In this document: in pieces, positions 48,076-59,700 of the stretch
Layout of the letters: every line of letters begins with the position of its first letter
Numbering within the stretch: the first letter of the stretch is position 1
From: an uncultured virus (IMG/VR IMGVR_UViG_3300035698_030063)
Taxonomy: Duplodnaviria; Heunggongvirae; Uroviricota; Caudoviricetes
DNA length: 64,000 nucleotides
Virus record (IMG/VR): IMGVR_UViG_3300035698_030063
Direction: 5' to 3' (one strand)
Position numbers and translations under genes: made by a program
The notes under the pieces: generated by a model
What the model was told of the DNA's origin: nothing
The model's database searches: none
Seen by the model: only the letters and a program-made list of their open reading frames with translations

Positions 48076-50154
48076 ATGAGTTTTCAATTAACATTAAAAT
48101 TAAATAATCAAACAGTCTCTGATCATCTCTCTTCTATCAGGATATTCAATGATTATCCTACTTGGAGTTGGGAATTTGATATTATTGACAAAATTTCTGT
48201 CGATCCTGATACAGGCGTTACTACTGATGTTGGAGATTTTAGTCAAGTTGCTTATGAGGTGAAGATAGGGACTTCTGATTTTGAGATTGGAACTTCTCGT
48301 TTTATAGGTGATGTATCAAGGACAGGATATATTGCTTCCAAAGAAATGTTTTGGCCTTTTTCTGGATTTCCTTTGCAAAGAAGTGTTACATATTATGGTC
48401 AGATATATGCCGTTGATGAAGCTAATAGAACAACATCTTTTGCCACATTTTCATTCTCTTATAATTCATTACCTTCTGTGAGTAATGTAGAAATTACTCC
48501 TTCTCTTCCTGCCCCTACAGATAATCTTATATTATCTTACGATTATTTTGATGCTGATGGGGATTTGGAATCTGGAACAACTATAAGATGGTTCAAAAAT
48601 GGAGTTCATCAAAGACAGTTTGATAATGCTATTATTATTAATTCTTCTTTTTTGCAGAATAATGACATATGGAATGCAGATGTTTATCCTTCTGATGGTT
48701 TTGAATATGGCTCTAGAGTAACATCTCCACAAGTAAAGATAATAGCTATACCGATAATTATTTCAGAGTTATCCGTGTTACCAAAGCATCCTAATCTTGA
48801 TGATATTATAAAAGCCAATTATGAAGTGAGTGATGAATTTGAATTTGAAAATGTATCTATTAGATGGTACGTTAATAATCTGATTGTACAAGATGTTAAC
48901 GATTTACAATTTGTTAAACTTGATGTCCAAGAAGGTGATCTAGTTAGATTTGAAGTAAAGCATAAAGATGGAACTTTCTATAGTTCTTCTACAACAGTCT
49001 CTGTTGTGGCATCAGAATTTATTGTTACTGATATACAAGTTGATGGTAGGATTAATCCTTTAGATGTTTCTAGTATAACTCCACATGTTAAATGGAAAAG
49101 ATTTGTTCCAAGTGGCAAAAGTGTAAATTATATCTCTATTAGAATAGGGAATTTTTTTGAATCAGATAATGTTTATTCTGCTGTTATCTCTGGTGATAGA
49201 AATGTATTTACAATTCCAGTTAATACTTTAGAAAAAGGAAGAGATTATTATATAGGTATAGCTTTAAGTGATACTCAGACTTTTAATAAATACACCACAA
49301 GTCATTTTAGAATAAATGGAAGTCGATGGGAAAAAGATGTCTCCAACTCTACAGGGTGGACTTTTGAAACTATGTTTGTAACTGTTAGTGAATCTGTTTC
49401 TGAATATCAGACAATTAGAATAAATGATGGAGATAAATTTGCAGAAATCAGATTGTATAGTAGTAAAATTTCTTTAATTTCTGGTTCTACAATAGAATAT
49501 TCAGTTTCAACAGTTGCTAATAATTTTTTAACTATAGCTGGTCAGAATAATGATATAAAAATTTATTTAAATAGAGAATTAATAATAGATGGAGAAGGAA
49601 TTTTTACAAGAGAGTCGAATATAAAGAGATTAGAACTATCTCATGACGATTTGACTTCTGGTTTTATCATTAATTATAAATATTTCTTCTATACTACTTC
49701 AGGATATTTTTTGCCAGGTATTGCTATCGAATATTCTGATTTGCAATTCCATGATTATATAGAATTTCAAAATAATGAAGTAATTTCTTTGCAGGGATAT
49801 GTCGGAGGAAAGTATGTTTTTGGATTGAATTCTGATAATGAGAGTAGCACTATTTATACTATCGGTCCAGGGGATGTAACAAGAGCAGGGACAGTGGCTA
49901 GAACGTATTCTCCTATAAGTAGGATTAATAAATCTCCTGATGGAACTAAAACTGTTGCTGCTCATGCTAATGGAGTGTCGATTATAACTGGTTATTTAAT
50001 TAATCCTTTTGATCACGAATTAATATTTGTTAATGATACTGGAGTTTTGAATGAAACACTTCCTACAGCAAGTGGTTGGGAGTTGGTAGAGAATATTAGT
50101 GCTAATTCAGCATATTTTGATACAGATGGTTTTCACATAGATACTATCCAATAA
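48076..50154 (+). CDS. Ig-like domain virion protein
   Basis: NSLPSVSNVEITP...L.LSYDYFDADGDLESGTTIRWFKNG...VYPSDGFEYG. Confidence 0.65.
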   Translation: MSFQLTLKLNNQTVSDHLSSIRIFNDYPTWSWEFDIIDKISVDPDTGVTTDVGDFSQVAYEVKIGTSDFEIGTSRFIGDVSRTGYIASKEMFWPFSGFPLQRSVTYYGQIYAVDEANRTTSFATFSFSYNSLPSVSNVEITPSLPAPTDNLILSYDYFDADGDLESGTTIRWFKNGVHQRQFDNAIIINSSFLQNNDIWNADVYPSDGFEYGSRVTSPQVKIIAIPIIISELSVLPKHPNLDDIIKANYEVSDEFEFENVSIRWYVNNLIVQDVNDLQFVKLDVQEGDLVRFEVKHKDGTFYSSSTTVSVVASEFIVTDIQVDGRINPLDVSSITPHVKWKRFVPSGKSVNYISIRIGNFFESDNVYSAVISGDRNVFTIPVNTLEKGRDYYIGIALSDTQTFNKYTTSHFRINGSRWEKDVSNSTGWTFETMFVTVSESVSEYQTIRINDGDKFAEIRLYSSKISLISGSTIEYSVSTVANNFLTIAGQNNDIKIYLNRELIIDGEGIFTRESNIKRLELSHDDLTSGFIINYKYFFYTTSGYFLPGIAIEYSDLQFHDYIEFQNNEVISLQGYVGGKYVFGLNSDNESSTIYTIGPGDVTRAGTVARTYSPISRINKSPDGTKTVAAHANGVSIITGYLINPFDHELIFVNDTGVLNETLPTASGWELVENISANSAYFDTDGFHIDTIQ

Positions 50155-50169
50155 GGGTTTGGAGAAGAT

Positions 50170-53100
50170 ATGAGTTTATATAGTAATTTAGTTGCACAAT
50201 GGAAATTTAATGGTAATCTTTTAGACACTAAGGGAAATCATAAGGGATCATGGACAGGGGGGGCTGGAGCAGAAACTTATAGTTTTGGTGTTAATGGGAA
50301 TCCTAATCGGTCTTTAAATTTGTTATCTGCTTCTCAAAATGTTTTTGTTGATAGCGATTCAAGATTGCAGTTAAGTAAGTTTTCAGTATCTTTTTGGATT
50401 CGTCCAGATACTTTAACTAATAATGAAACATATGTATATTATGGGGAAACAAGTGGATCTTTATGGGATGATGGATGGGGCGTTTATTATGTTACTGGTG
50501 GATATGTTCGTTTAAATGTTGGAGATCAATCTGGTTATACATCTTTTCCACAAGCTCTTATTGGCTCTGTAGGTAATTGGCATCATGTTGTTTGCACATA
50601 TGATGGGACTACTGGTAAGGTATATGTAGATTCTAATAAAGGAACTGATGCCGCTTTAACTGATAATGGTTATAGCTTACCGTCTTTTAGAATAGGATCT
50701 GATGGTTCGGGAAGTAATAATGTTGATTCTTTAATGGATAATGTTTGTTATTTTGATAGGGCATTAACTCAAGATGAAGTAACTATTTTGTATAATGATG
50801 GAAATGGGATAGAAGATTTGACAGTTTTTGATGATTCTTTAGCGATTGATTCTGCTACTAACGAATATGGAGATGATGCTAATCGAGGAGGAGTTTGGTA
50901 TTATACTCAAAACAAATTCGGTTCAGATTGGGTTAATAAGGTAGATAATATTAAAGGATGGACAGTAGATTTTAATTTAAGAGTTGCAGATACTCAAGAT
51001 AGCGACTGGATTATAGATGAAAATAACAAGGGTAAAGGAGTTGGGTTATATGTTAATGATGGAACAAAACAGGAAACTATAAATTTTCTTACTCAGCAAG
51101 TAGTTTTTACCAATTCTAATCATACAAAGTTATACGATGCTACTCAAGAAGTTAATTATAGGTTAACTGGTAAAAAGGATAATCTTAAATTATATGCTCG
51201 TCCTTTTGGAAGTTCTGCATATAGAGAAATAGCAGATGTTAATTTTTCTAAAAATGCAACGCAAAATGGCAATTCTTTAAATCCTGTTGTTTTTGAAGAT
51301 TCTGATAGTAATCTACATGTTGTTTGGTGGGATGATGGAGGCAATTTAGGTTCTATTTATTATTCTAAGTTTGATGGGACATCATGGACAGAGCCAGAAG
51401 AAATAGTTTCTCTTGACAATGGCGTTCAATTTCCTTCAATTATTGTTGATAGCGAAGAAACAATATATGTAGCTTTTGAGTCCAAACAAACTGAAAGTAG
51501 TGTAATAGGTTTTGTATATAGAAACAATTTAGGATGGAGCAATCCTTATTACACAGGCGTGGATATCGGATACAGCAGACATCCTAAAATGACGTTTGAT
51601 AGTCAATCTAATGTTTGCATTGTGTGGGAAGATCATAGAAGGACACATCAAGAGATATATTTGAATATATTTTTATCGGAAGAATTAAAATGGAAAGGTG
51701 AGGTAAAATTATCTACTAATCCTTTTGGTAGCTATCGTCCTGCTATATCTTCATACATGGATAATATATTTGTTTCTTTAACTCAGGCTGCTGAAGACAA
51801 TACTTCTCATATCGAGGTATTGAGGTATAATGTTTTAAATGATTCTAAGTTATCCGCTGTTATAGTATCTGGAACAAATGGAAGAGCTGATCAATCTAGT
51901 ATTTTATGTAATGTGTCTGGGAAGGTCATTGTGGTATGGCAGGATAATCCTTATGGTAAATATGAAATTTATTCTACTGTTTTATCTCCTTCTTTAGATA
52001 TTTTAATAAATGATTTCGCTATTACAAATAGTAATGGTGGAGCAAAATTCCCAGTGTTGTCAGAACAACTTGCTACTGGTAATGTTTATATAGCATGGCA
52101 AGATTATAAATCAGGAGATTATAGTAGTTTTGATCCTACTCTTGATCCTTCGGATGTTGATCCATATGAAGAACGCCGACAACAACAGGTAGAACCTAAT
52201 AATTCAGCTATATTTGTGGCTCTTTATAATGAAAGTTTTTTATCTAGCGGTAATGGATCTTTTGATGTGAGGATTATTTTTGATGATGAGAGAAATTCTT
52301 ATATGCCTTCTATCCCTTCATTTTTTAATGGAGAACTTCCAATCGTATATGAGTCATATTTATTTGATGAGTATGGTTTTTTAAATAGCGATGATATGTT
52401 GCGTAGGATTAGATGCGCTTATTATTCTTTAGATAGAAGCGATTCAGAGTTCTTAGCTAATAATGAGACTATCACAGATCCTTCAGATGAAATATTTAAC
52501 GTTCATAGAGATTACATTTTAAATGAGAATATATCTACTAAAGAAATAAGATTTGGAGATTTTTCTGATGTGATAGATGCTCATTACGTTTTTAAAGAAT
52601 TTAAATATTATGTTGATGATGCGGTTGAGCCATATAGTATTAAGGAAATAGATTCTGGCACTGTCGGTGTAGATTCTATTTCTGCTGCCGATGCTGTTAT
52701 AAATAATTATGGAGATGTATGGATCGTAGGTATCTGTGGAACTTATTTTTATTTTTCAAATCAAAATAGAACTTTGAAAGTGGATGAAAATTTTCTTGGA
52801 ACAGATTCTGAAGTTGCTAATGCAAAATCGATTACTTTTGATAGATATAATAATATATTTATCGGTGGAGAAGGTTCAGTAAAATATAGTTCTAATCATT
52901 TTAATAGTTTTAAAGATGATTTAGGTATTACTGTTACAGGTACAGTTAATTCTATGGTTTTTGATGGAGATAATAAATTTTATGTTGGAACAGAAACAGA
53001 TCTGACATCTTATATTATGGAATATAATGAAAGCGTGTCTCCAGTTGGAGATTCAGATAATACTATAACTGCCACATTTGAATCTACTATTTTATTAGGT

Positions 53101-56100
53101 AATATTTTATCGTTAAAAGTAGATGCTAATAATGCTCTTTGGATATGTACCGATAATGGTTTGTATAGATATTATAAAAATAAAACATTAAGTTTTACTG
53201 TTGCTAATGGTTTGCCTTCTAATAGAATTAATGATATAGCTATAAGAAATACTGCTATTAGATATGTTGCTACATCTAATGGTATATCTAAAATGGTTGG
53301 ATTTAATTTTGATAGTTTTATAACATCTGAAGATGAAACTGTATGGAATAACAATGTAAAAAGTGTTATGTGGAGAAATCCTAATGTATTGTTTGCAGGA
53401 ACTATGTCTAGGCTTAATCAAATTATTATTAATGATGTTGATGATACATATTCAACAGTTTTTTATGAACCACTATCTTCGATTAATACTTCCCCAGACG
53501 ATTTTCATACTTATTATTTAGATGCTCCACAAAGTTTTATTGATTCGATTGCACCAACTTCTATTTTAGAAGTTTATATTAATGGTAATAAAATTCATTA
53601 TGGATATGATGTTGGATCTGATAGTAAGACTATAAGATTTAAAATGCCTATAAGTAATGATGATATTGTAGAAATTATTGTTAGAGATGATTTGAAAGTA
53701 ATTTCTGATTTTTCTCAGACTATTACTGAAAAAACTAATGTTGGAAGTAATTTGTTAAAAATAAAAGATCTTGCTGTGGAAGATCTTGGTGATGATGCTA
53801 ATATATATGTTATATCAGAAGGTGTTGATAATGAAGTAAAAATAAATGATAGTGATAGTATTTTACCATTTGACAGAATACATCTTGACACTAATCCTCC
53901 TACTTTTATTTCTAATGTGGTAGATGGAGTTGATATTTCTGGTATTAAAATAGGGGATCAAGTTGAAAGAAGTATTGTTAAGATTGATATTGTAGGAGCA
54001 ACAGATAGAGCGTTAGATGATTCTGATCCTCCAGTAGAGCTATCAGCAGGTTCTGGTATAGAAACTATGATAATATCTAACAATGAAGAATTTTTAGAAG
54101 ATGATGGGATAACTTCAAAAGTACCAGTTCCATTTTCTAATTCTACGACACATGATTTGGGATTATCTCTAGAACAAGTTGTTAAGAATTTAAAGTTAGA
54201 GCCAGAAGACGGGATGGGTTCTGTGATAACATATGTAAGTGATGCTATTCATTTATATGCTGGTGTTTCTAAGCCTGCTGTCGTTTATAAATATAATTGG
54301 GTTGATGAAGAGTGGGAAGTATTATTTTCTTATGATACAGATCAGTACATAGATTTTATAGAGAAGTATAATAATAATCTTATGATTAGTGTAGGGCATG
54401 ATACCGATCCAGCTCTACTTTATACTTATGATTATGATAGTAGTTTTAATTTGACAGAGAATAGTTTATTACCTTTATCTGAATCAAGAGCTTATATTTC
54501 TCATATACTCAATGGAAAATTTTATATTGGAACAGGTCTAGGTGGTGGAGATGAATATACTAATGGTTCAGGTAGTAGTGGTGCTATTTATGTATTTGAT
54601 GATGGGACTGCTTTAAATACTGCTCCTACTTTTAGTAAAGTAGCGGATGGTTTAGATGAAGATGTTTTTGGGCTAACAAGTTCAACAGGTAGTGCAATTT
54701 TACTAGCGTCTACTGGACCTAACGCATATGTATATGAAGTTGACGTTGATGGTCAGAACAAATCTATTATCTACAATTCTGCTGAAACTATTGTTTCTTT
54801 AAATCATCAGACGGATTTAGATGGAGATATTATTAATACTACTTTTGCGGGATTAGAAACAAGCGGAAAAATAAGGAGATCTGTAACTTCTAATAATACT
54901 TTTGACATATCGTTTAGAACAATACCAGGAAAAATAAGTACATTGAAAATATTCCCTGTCATTACTGGTATTGAAGGTGACTCTGTTTATACAACTACTT
55001 TTGCAGCAGTTGGCAGTGTTATTTATTTCCTATCTAGAGCAGGAACATGGGTTTGGAAATATAGTCATAATGAAGATATAAATGATATGACGTTTGATGA
55101 TAGAGTTACTAATAATTCTTTGTATGTTATTTCAGATACTGGAGTAACTAAAATTAATCCTCTGTCAGAAAATAAGGTTGTATATTTGAAATTAACTGAC
55201 AGAGCTGGAAATGAATCCATTTTAGATTTAACATTAGATTCAACAGGGGCTGTTGAAACTAATACCAATCCATTTGTTGATAGTGTGGAAATTTCGAGTC
55301 TTGTTGATTTTGTTAGTGAAAAAAAGATATTTGAGCTAGATGAGTTGGGCAACAATGTAACGATACAATCGGGAATAGATCGTTTTTATTCTGCTAATAA
55401 AATAAACGAAGAAAAAGGGGAATATATTAGTGAGATATTTGATGGGACAAATGATCTTGTGAAATGGGAGAATATCTCATGGCAAGTAACAAGATTGGAA
55501 AATACATCTGTTTTAATGTATGTTAGAACTTCTACATCTTCTAATGATATATTAATGGCAGAGTGGTTTGGTCCATTTGATAGTTCTTTATCTACGAATA
55601 TTTCTTTAAGTCATATGCGAGGGCAGTTTATACAGTTTAAAACAGAATTGATAAGTACTGAAAAGGGTATAACCCCTACATTCCATAGAGCTACTATTAG
55701 AGCTATTACAAGTGAGTCTGTTCATTTCTTTACCACAAATTTTGTTATGCCTACTATAATTGAAAAAGGTATTATAACTAGCAAAAAAACAATTCCCGTA
55801 GCAGCAGATGTAGTTTTTGGTTTGAATACTACAAATTCTATTGATTGGACGGAGTACCAGCAGGTAGATGAAAATAGAATATTTAACGTAAATCAGACAG
55901 GACATAATTTAAGAGTAGGTATTAAATTTATTAGCCCTAATCGTTCAACAATAGACGCTACAGAATTTGGAGAGTATGGCCCTTATGATCAGAACTTAGA
56001 TGTAAATACTATACCTTTTGATGTTTTGAACGATACAGGTTCTAGTCATGATTATCATTTTAAAGTGACATTATATAGTGATGTTTATTTAAGAGACGTA

Positions 56101-56772
56101 GTATTTTCTGCTTATTCTGCTAATAGCCCAGACGGTTTTAGTGTAAATGGAGAGGCAGTTTCATCAGCAGGTGTCAATTTGCTTGATGGAGAAACAGCAG
56201 AAGTTTTATTTGCTGTATCTGGTGCTGCTAATATAGATTGTGAGACTTTTTATTTTACTAGAATAGAATATATTTATTCTACTAGTTTTGTAACATTATC
56301 TGAAAATACATCATTTGTTGCAAGCTGCACATCTTCATTTATTGATGCTATAGATTTTAATTTTACAAATAATGACACTGAGACAAATGATTATCATTTT
56401 AGAATAAAATTTTATCAAGATGCTGAGAGGACCGTTGAATTTGCTACAGTTTTTAGTGGTAATGATAGAACTGGTTGGTTAGTAGATAATGTTCTAATAC
56501 CAGAGGCTGGTGCTACAGTAGTTCCAGGAGATACGGTTAACGTTGTTTATCGTCCTGATCCAGATGATTTTGCGTCTGGGTCTATCTTTTATTTAACGAT
56601 AGAAGCTCATGACGGAGAAGATTACGTATTTTCTGATAGTTCTTATACATTCCAAATAAGAGATGTTCCTAGTACGGAAATATGTGGGGAATATGCAGAT
56701 GTTCCTATTGTTGAGAATTTTGGTATTATGTTTGAACTAGATAACAATGAATTTGTAACTTTGAATATTTAA
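50170..56772 (+). CDS. Giant virion protein (2200 aa): LamG, beta-propellers, C-terminal repeated domain
   Basis: N-terminal LamG (FSVSFWIRP, WHHVVCTYDG, FDRALTQDEV); HVVW.D / IVWEDHR repeats; NGLPSNRINDI two-component-propeller motif. Confidence 0.72.
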   Translation: MSLYSNLVAQWKFNGNLLDTKGNHKGSWTGGAGAETYSFGVNGNPNRSLNLLSASQNVFVDSDSRLQLSKFSVSFWIRPDTLTNNETYVYYGETSGSLWDDGWGVYYVTGGYVRLNVGDQSGYTSFPQALIGSVGNWHHVVCTYDGTTGKVYVDSNKGTDAALTDNGYSLPSFRIGSDGSGSNNVDSLMDNVCYFDRALTQDEVTILYNDGNGIEDLTVFDDSLAIDSATNEYGDDANRGGVWYYTQNKFGSDWVNKVDNIKGWTVDFNLRVADTQDSDWIIDENNKGKGVGLYVNDGTKQETINFLTQQVVFTNSNHTKLYDATQEVNYRLTGKKDNLKLYARPFGSSAYREIADVNFSKNATQNGNSLNPVVFEDSDSNLHVVWWDDGGNLGSIYYSKFDGTSWTEPEEIVSLDNGVQFPSIIVDSEETIYVAFESKQTESSVIGFVYRNNLGWSNPYYTGVDIGYSRHPKMTFDSQSNVCIVWEDHRRTHQEIYLNIFLSEELKWKGEVKLSTNPFGSYRPAISSYMDNIFVSLTQAAEDNTSHIEVLRYNVLNDSKLSAVIVSGTNGRADQSSILCNVSGKVIVVWQDNPYGKYEIYSTVLSPSLDILINDFAITNSNGGAKFPVLSEQLATGNVYIAWQDYKSGDYSSFDPTLDPSDVDPYEERRQQQVEPNNSAIFVALYNESFLSSGNGSFDVRIIFDDERNSYMPSIPSFFNGELPIVYESYLFDEYGFLNSDDMLRRIRCAYYSLDRSDSEFLANNETITDPSDEIFNVHRDYILNENISTKEIRFGDFSDVIDAHYVFKEFKYYVDDAVEPYSIKEIDSGTVGVDSISAADAVINNYGDVWIVGICGTYFYFSNQNRTLKVDENFLGTDSEVANAKSITFDRYNNIFIGGEGSVKYSSNHFNSFKDDLGITVTGTVNSMVFDGDNKFYVGTETDLTSYIMEYNESVSPVGDSDNTITATFESTILLGNILSLKVDANNALWICTDNGLYRYYKNKTLSFTVANGLPSNRINDIAIRNTAIRYVATSNGISKMVGFNFDSFITSEDETVWNNNVKSVMWRNPNVLFAGTMSRLNQIIINDVDDTYSTVFYEPLSSINTSPDDFHTYYLDAPQSFIDSIAPTSILEVYINGNKIHYGYDVGSDSKTIRFKMPISNDDIVEIIVRDDLKVISDFSQTITEKTNVGSNLLKIKDLAVEDLGDDANIYVISEGVDNEVKINDSDSILPFDRIHLDTNPPTFISNVVDGVDISGIKIGDQVERSIVKIDIVGATDRALDDSDPPVELSAGSGIETMIISNNEEFLEDDGITSKVPVPFSNSTTHDLGLSLEQVVKNLKLEPEDGMGSVITYVSDAIHLYAGVSKPAVVYKYNWVDEEWEVLFSYDTDQYIDFIEKYNNNLMISVGHDTDPALLYTYDYDSSFNLTENSLLPLSESRAYISHILNGKFYIGTGLGGGDEYTNGSGSSGAIYVFDDGTALNTAPTFSKVADGLDEDVFGLTSSTGSAILLASTGPNAYVYEVDVDGQNKSIIYNSAETIVSLNHQTDLDGDIINTTFAGLETSGKIRRSVTSNNTFDISFRTIPGKISTLKIFPVITGIEGDSVYTTTFAAVGSVIYFLSRAGTWVWKYSHNEDINDMTFDDRVTNNSLYVISDTGVTKINPLSENKVVYLKLTDRAGNESILDLTLDSTGAVETNTNPFVDSVEISSLVDFVSEKKIFELDELGNNVTIQSGIDRFYSANKINEEKGEYISEIFDGTNDLVKWENISWQVTRLENTSVLMYVRTSTSSNDILMAEWFGPFDSSLSTNISLSHMRGQFIQFKTELISTEKGITPTFHRATIRAITSESVHFFTTNFVMPTIIEKGIITSKKTIPVAADVVFGLNTTNSIDWTEYQQVDENRIFNVNQTGHNLRVGIKFISPNRSTIDATEFGEYGPYDQNLDVNTIPFDVLNDTGSSHDYHFKVTLYSDVYLRDVVFSAYSANSPDGFSVNGEAVSSAGVNLLDGETAEVLFAVSGAANIDCETFYFTRIEYIYSTSFVTLSENTSFVASCTSSFIDAIDFNFTNNDTETNDYHFRIKFYQDAERTVEFATVFSGNDRTGWLVDNVLIPEAGATVVPGDTVNVVYRPDPDDFASGSIFYLTIEAHDGEDYVFSDSSYTFQIRDVPSTEICGEYADVPIVENFGIMFELDNNEFVTLNI

Positions 56773-56773
56773 C

Positions 56774-59700
56774 ATGCCTTATAAAACAAGATATTATGAT
56801 TTAGAAGCTTTTAAGACTGGGGATAGATACTCATCTCGAACAGATCGAAGAAGATTCACCATTATAGATAATGAGATGGCGTTCATAACAGATTTTATTG
56901 GATCTGGTCTAATCTTTGGTTGGGATATTACAAACAACGGAGATGGAACTGTATTTATCTCTAATGGAATGGGATTAATTAATAGAAGGGTTGTTGAATC
57001 ATTTGGTGGATTTGATGTGACTCTAAGTAGTAATTCCGTTCATTATTTTGTGATAGAGGCGAGAGATGGAGTTGTAGGTGGAACAAGCTCTCATTCTAAT
57101 ATAGTTAAGGTTACAGCTATTGATACAATCTCTCCTGATCCTCCTACAGGAGTCCAAAAAGAAGATAGTGTGTTGGACTACTTATCTACTCTTCCTTCTA
57201 TTAGTGACGAACTGACGGATTATCTTAGAAATTTAATGGATAGAGGTGGAGAAGATGATAGTCTAGAGTTGATACCTTATAAGGAAGTAGCATTTAGTTG
57301 GTCTGCTAATACAGAAGTAGATTTTAGTCACTATAAAATAACAAGAGGATTTGGAAGTGATGTAACGGTTCTAGGTGTAACGACAGAATTAATTTATGTT
57401 GATATTAATTTAGAATCTGATACTAATTATGAATACCAAGTTATCGCTGTTGATTTAAGTGGTAATGAAAGTGGTACTACAGAGATAGAGATTTTTACAG
57501 ATGTTGATTCAAGAATTCCATCTGCTCCTCAATTTGTTCAAGTATTTCCAGGCGATGAAACCTTGCAAGTTATATGGAATAACTCTCCTACTAGTAATGT
57601 TCCTAATTATAGGGTAGAGGTTCAGGAATTAAATATAGACTATAATGTAGTTGGTAGTCCTACTGTAACTATTATTCCTGCGGACACTCAATCGGAATTT
57701 GGTTCTAGTTATGTTATTTTTGAGAATCTTAGTTTAAACATAAATTATGAAATAACAGTTTATTCTCAAAGTAAGGCAAGTATTTTATCAGACGGTGCTT
57801 CTAAAAAAGTTTTGTTAAGAAGCAATCCAGGAGCTGGTGAGGTAAATAATATTGAATTAGAATTTTCGATAAGTACTTTTGAAAATGTTGGAGTAGAAAC
57901 AAAAGTATCTTGGAAATATCAACGTTCTAACCCATCTATTTCTTTTGCGGAAAAGTTTTTAGTAACTTTTATTGAAAATGGAATAAGATTTTCAGAACCT
58001 ATAGAGATACTAGAGACAGTAGCTAATATAACATGTCCAGGAGGGGATGAGTCTAGCGGTAAATGTTACGAATTGGATGTCAAGTATATACCCTATATTA
58101 ACAATAACATTTTAGAATATGAGTCTATTAAACAATATAATCCTTATGTTGTTGTCGTTCAAACTGAAGATTCTGATGGTAATATTAGTTCAGGAACAAT
58201 TATTAGAGTTTCAAGGACATCAGTTTCAGATACTCTTCCTGCTATAGCTGATTTTACCATGGAGAGAGAGTCGAATAATGATATATTTTTACAATGGATT
58301 AATCCAACACAACCTTATTTTGCATATAACAGATTGACTGTTAATATAATAGATTTAACAACAACAGATGTTCTTGGAACTAATTTTGTTGATAATGCAA
58401 TTATAGGTAAAGCTACAACCTATATCATACCTTCCTCTCAGTTTGATATTAATTTTAGGTACACTGTTACTATTACTCCATATGATGTTTTTACTCAAGA
58501 TGGTGGGGACGGTGCTGAAGGGGAAGGTTTTTCACAAGTTAAGCAATTCACAGAATCTCCTAATATAGTAAGGCCTTCTATTCCTACAGGCTTGAAAATT
58601 AATCCTGGGGATAAGTTGACAAGTTTATCTTGGAATTTAGATACTAAAGATGAAGACATAGAATTTTATAAGATTTATAGAGCGCTATATTCGACATATC
58701 AGCGTTCAAGTAATTTTTCTGTGATAAATACAATACCTTCATCATTACATGTTTTTACTGATTATACACCATCTAATGGGACTAGTTACACTTATTTTGT
58801 AACTGCTGTTGATACTCATGGAAAGGAATCGTTAAATCCTTTAGATGACGGTCATATATCTACTAGAGCCGTATCTGGTACTTCTAGCGATAGTTCGTAT
58901 CTATCCTCTCCAGAAGGTTTAATAGCTTCATATGGTAGCAATAATACAGATGTCGAATTATCTTGGGAAATTAGTGGGGGAACATTTGATGGTTATGAGA
59001 TTTTAAGATCAATAGGTAATAATTATTCTTTTATAATTATTGATCGTGTCTCTGTGTCAGTAATTAGCTATATAGATATTGATGCTTTACTAAAACATGA
59101 TGAAGAATACTATTATATGGTAAATAAATATAGAGATGAGGTATCATTTATAGTTAAAAGTTCTTCTGCATTAACAGATAATCAAATATCTATAGGGAAG
59201 GTAACTACTTCTGGTGGTGTGAGTAACGTTAATATTGATCTTTCATCTGTAGTTAATATTGCTAATTTAGAAGATCCTTTAACAGATTTAACTAATACAT
59301 CTTTAAATGTTCATCGTCATGCTAACGATTTAGGTATAGATAAAAGAATAGAATTACGTTCTAATGTAAGAATATCTGACTGGACAACGGTTGATTATCA
59401 AGTTTATACTACTCAACAGGATATACAAGGTGCTACCAATTATTTTGTGCAAATATCAGGAGAATTGAACGAAGAGTATTTTATCACTAATGGGATAGTT
59501 GATGCAGTAGCATTAGCTCAAGCTCGTGCTGGAGAATCTCCTATTTTATTTGAGATAGTTGAAGATAAAGATCAAATTGTTTTTAATGAGTCATTATTTT
59601 CTCAGTCTAGTCTTATTGTTACTCCTTATGCTGAAGAACCTACTGTTACTTTAGAATTATTAGGAATATCTGAAGTTGATAATCTTCTTCCAGAAGTTAA

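Noticed and set aside
987..55905. All minus-strand ORFs and short nested + strand ORFs in the track
   Set aside because: They lie inside or opposite longer, well-coupled + strand genes and have no recognisable motifs; treated as shadow ORFs.
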